DNA of 64,000 bases from Marsupella aquatica (Eukaryota; Plantae; Marchantiophyta): the NCBI GenBank assembly GCA_973895155.1, contig OZ316892.1, forward strand, positions 4,486,510 to 4,550,509, written 5' to 3'. The position numbers were made by a program, and so were the translations under genes. The stretch's first letter is position 1, and each line of letters opens with the position of its first letter. This document shows, piece after piece, positions 60,208 to 64,000 of the stretch. The notes below the pieces were generated by a model. The model was not told the origin of the DNA, ran no database searches, and worked only from the letters and a program-made list of their open reading frames with translations.

Positions 60208-63200
60208 TCAGTCAGCATACTGGGAAGGGTGCGGGAGTTGGTCAATAACCTCCCTGAATGTATCTTGTGAAGCAGTCATTTGGGAGTCATGCAAAAGTTG
60301 TGATGGCCCAAATGTGTCTACATTGTCACCATCATCTAGCTGGATTTCATGCAAGGGAGTTGGTTGAGTAGAACACTGTGCTCCTCTTCCTCTCCCTTGC
60401 CCCCCGCCTCTACTTGTCGCGATTTTACTTCGCTTTGGCTTGCCTCTCACTCTGTCTTCAACTTCTGATGTTGCTAAGTCATCATCTTCGGGGTGCAAAA
60501 ACACAACTTTTGTTTTGGGGTTGACTGCCAATAGAGGAACAACCTGCAATGCCTGGCTCATACCCTTGCTTGATTTAGAGGCCTCCTTCCTCTTCCTTGA
60601 GACATGAACAGGTACTAAGGACAAAGCAGCTCCTCCTTGTGGTACCTACAACCCACAAAGACATTAGAATACATGGACAAAGAGGTATTCACATTCCACA
60701 ATGAAGCAGAGGAATTTTGCTGCTCCACCTGTGAGGAGTTCGTAGCCGGTGCAGGGCCTGGTGTTGGCACTGGTATAGGGGCTGGTGCTTCTGCTGGTCC
60801 TGGTGTAGGGGCATGTGCTAGTGGTGGTCCAGGGATACCGGCAGGTGCATGTGTTGGTGTTGTTATAGGGACAGGGGCTGAGTGTTCATTTGTTGGAATA
60901 GGGGTTGGGGCAGGTGCAAGGGATTGCTCCACCAAATTTCGGTTTCCTTTTCGCCTTTTGCTTGCCTTTTCCCGTTGTTGCCCTTCCTACAATCCAAAGC
61001 AACATCAAAAGACATTGACAAAGAGGTATTCACATTACTCAACAATTGGACGCCGCTGATGAGAAGGAATTCAATTATGTGGCCTAAGACACAAAGGCGT
61101 ACCTTGGAGGGGTTGGTAGCTGGTATTGGGATTGCTAGTGCCACTGGTGCTGAGGACATTGCTGACACATCCCTTCCCCTTTGTCTTCCTCCCTACAATG
61201 AAAAAAATTATTAATTGACATAGAAGACAGTGAGGGTTGTGTATTCACTCCCTGCAAAGCAGTTTGATAAGGAAATTAGCCTGGTACATCAAGACATACC
61301 TGGGAGGGGTTGCTTGTCGGTGCTGGTGCTGCTACTGGTTTTGGGGGCACCGCTGATACACCCCTTCCCCTTTTACTTCCTCTCTACAATGGAGAATATC
61401 ATTAAGTGACTTGAATACACCGAGGGTTGTGTATTTAACCCCTGCAAAGTAATATGAATAGAAAGGAATGTGGCCTTGTACAGGAAGGCAAACCAGGCTG
61501 ACCTATATCAAATTTCTTTCCCGTGCATGGGCTAGAATGAAGAAATTGTAGTGCACGCAGAAGACAATTAGGGTGATGTATTCAAACTTCCAAGTAAGCG
61601 CTTTTGAGACTTACAATCTATGGTGCGAGGGCTGGTGCTGGTGATTCCACTGCTACAACCCCTCTAGGAGCCCTTCCGCTTCGTCTCTAGAATGAAGACA
61701 TTGCAGTGCACACCAAAGACAATGAGGCAGATGTATTCAGACATTGCAAAGCATTGGAAACAAATGTTTTTACCGAAAACACAAAGGCAAACCTGGGAGT
61801 GAAAAGACATTGGGGTTGAAGTATTTAGACTACATTGCAATTGCACGAATTCCAAGTAAGCACTTCTGAGACTTACAATCCGTGGTGCGAGGGCTGGTGC
61901 TGGTGATTCCACTGCTACAACCCCTCCACTTGTCCTTCCGCTCCGTCTCTAGAATGAAGAAATTGCAGTGCACGGCGAAGACAATGAGGCAGCTGTATTC
62001 AGACATTGCAAAGCATTGCAAACATATGTTTTTACAAAAAACACAAAGGCAAACCTGGAAGGGGTTTGTTGACATTGGAGGGGATGGTGCTGCTTTCTGT
62101 ACTGGGGATGGGGACTCCAGTGGTACACCCCTTCCCCTTCGTCTTTGTCCCTACAATATATGAAATGAATGCTTAGGGGAGTGAAAAGACATTGGGGTTT
62201 AAGTATTCAGACTAGATTGCAATTGAATGACTTCCAAGTTTGCACTTTAGAGACTTACAATCTGTGGTGCAGGGGCTGGTGGTGGTGGTCGTGCTGCTGC
62301 TACTGGTACCGACTCTAATAGTACAATCTGTGGTGCAATGGCTGGTGCTGCTGGTGCAAGTGGTGGTAAGGACTCCGAGACTAATATACACGATACAGGG
62401 GCTGGTGCTGTTGCTGCGACTGGCGCTATGAAGTCTGGGAGTAGAGTCTCAGGTGTAGGGGTTGGTGGTGCTACGAACTCCGAGATAGTCTCCGATACTA
62501 CTCCTTCCTGCAATGAACACAAGGAGCATCCGAATACGATGAGGCTCATGTATTCACAATTTGCAAAGAAATTCCAAAAGTAATTGAAGCAAAGAAACAA
62601 AGACTGACCTGGAGGGGGTAGTCGTCCTCTCCCTCTCCATAGGCGTAAAGAATATTTTGGAGGCTTGAAACCAAGTGACGCTGTTGTGAAAAGCTGATTC
62701 CTTGTTCATAAACATCCTGAATAGGATTGTCAATGGGATCCTGAACAGGATGGTCAATAGGACCCTGAATAGGATCATGAACAGGATGCTCAATAAGATG
62801 GTCTAAATCCTCAACATGAGAAGGATTCTGATGATTATTGTCTTCATCATCCTGAACAGGATGGTCAATAGGATCCTGAATAGGATCATGAACAGGATGC
62901 TCAATAAGATGGTCAACATCCTCAACATGAGAAGGATTCTGATGATCACTGTCTTCATCATCCTGAACATGAGAAGGAACCTGAATAGGATCTTGTACAA
63001 GAGGCGGGTCCTCAACTGAAGTATTGAGGACAGGTTTAGATACAACGTCTGGCTCATCTGGCTGTTGATCAGCATCATTTAGCAACAGACCCCACTTCTC
63101 AGGCCCAGGCTCATAGTCACTATCGTTAGAAGTGTCCTCCCACTCTTCATTTAGTCCAGCCTGCACATGGTTGGGACAAGATGAGAATGGAATGTACAAA

Positions 63201-64000
63201 CAACAAGCAAAGATCGCAGGAAGTAAAATAAAAGGTCATACCTCTATTCGTGCAGCTTCAGTGGTCATGCCCCGACCTTTGTATTCCTGTAGCAAATTGT
63301 TAGTGGCTGTGGCTATGCTGACAGGCTTTTGCTCTTCTTTCCACTCCTTGTAATCTTGGTATGCAGCATCGAAGTCCACTTCTTTGGGGCCATGCTTCCA
63401 CTGCAGAAGCGCTCTTTTTTGAGTCAAGTAATTCAAGGCATCTGCAATGAGAGCCTCTCGAATTGTATCAAACTGCATCAGCTCGGGAGGTTGCACCTCC
63501 ACATCTGCCCGGGGGAAAATGCATGGCAGGACACTACAATCTAATTGAAGTGCCTGCAACTTACGATCTCTAGGTAGGAGTACCGGCAAAGCTTGGATTG
63601 AAGCAACCCAGCGAGACAAAATAGGAGAAATTGCAGCAGCTAACACAGAGTCTTGCAACATCTCGTACACACTGTCATCCAACAAGGATGACCAACCATT
63701 AGCCTGCCCTGCACGTATGTGCACTTCCTTGATGACACGAATAAGCAACGATTTTGCAAGAACAAGCGGCTCATCTGCAGCAACACCATACTTCTTCTTT
63801 AGCATTGTCTTCTTCCGCAACTTAGTCTGTCTCCACCGAAGTCGCATAGTGGATCGAAGCCGGTTCCAAGAGGCCTGATTGTTGTCCTTCCTCACATTTG
63901 GCCCAGGGGCCTTATGTTTCTTGGCAATCCGAGTGGAGAAGTCGGATTTTGAGAACAACCAAGGTTTGCCCGCCTCCAATAATGCAGGTGGCAACTCCAA
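60208..64000 (-). CDS. Convergent multi-exon accessory gene (5' end outside window): unknown globular region, Asp/His-rich repeats, basic + Pro/Ala-rich modules
   Basis: Exons 63242->64000, 62609-63160, 62259-62507, 62055-62150, 61877-61948, [61615-61686 with TAG], 61300-61383, 61103-61192, 60729-60986 and 60208-60645. All are GT-AG, phase 0, and the complete ones have lengths divisible by 3. Confidence 0.75.

Larger units (their letters stand above)
53401..64000. mobile_element. Autonomous-looking Mutator-like element (MULE) with candidate accessory genes; right end outside window
   Basis: Candidate left TIR GAGGGATATGCTCAATAGACCCCCTCC with subterminal (C)AG.CCCCCTC repeats at ~53417, 53446 and 53474, followed by the transposase and two non-host-like genes. 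The extent is inferred because no right TIR or TSD is visible. Confidence 0.65.

Overview
Eukaryotic land-plant nuclear DNA with GT-AG introns. Gene content suggests a non-seed plant such as a bryophyte (inference). Six intact host genes could be spliced by hand: an SDR/carbonyl reductase, an organellar guanylate kinase, mitochondrial ribosomal protein L20, a Tat-signal DUF2358/NTF2-like plastid protein, a RUP-type WD40 protein and a PAP15/PAP23-type purple acid phosphatase. They are separated by repeat-rich DNA containing a tRNA-derived SINE-like family, a Tourist-like MITE with TTA TSD, a Helitron Pif1 remnant, several satellites and a decayed VTE3 fragment. From about 53.4 kb past the window end lies an apparently intact Mutator-like element. 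Beside its spliced DDE-SWIM-Zn-knuckle transposase are an intronless gene for a hydrophobic-helix plus RNase H1 hybrid-binding-domain protein lacking a nuclease domain, and a convergent gene built from duplicated phase-0 exon modules. This three-gene cassette is the best candidate for an undescribed system. An orphan spliced gene at 2-4.8 kb is also unexplained. All family calls come from motif recognition by eye; no database search was run.
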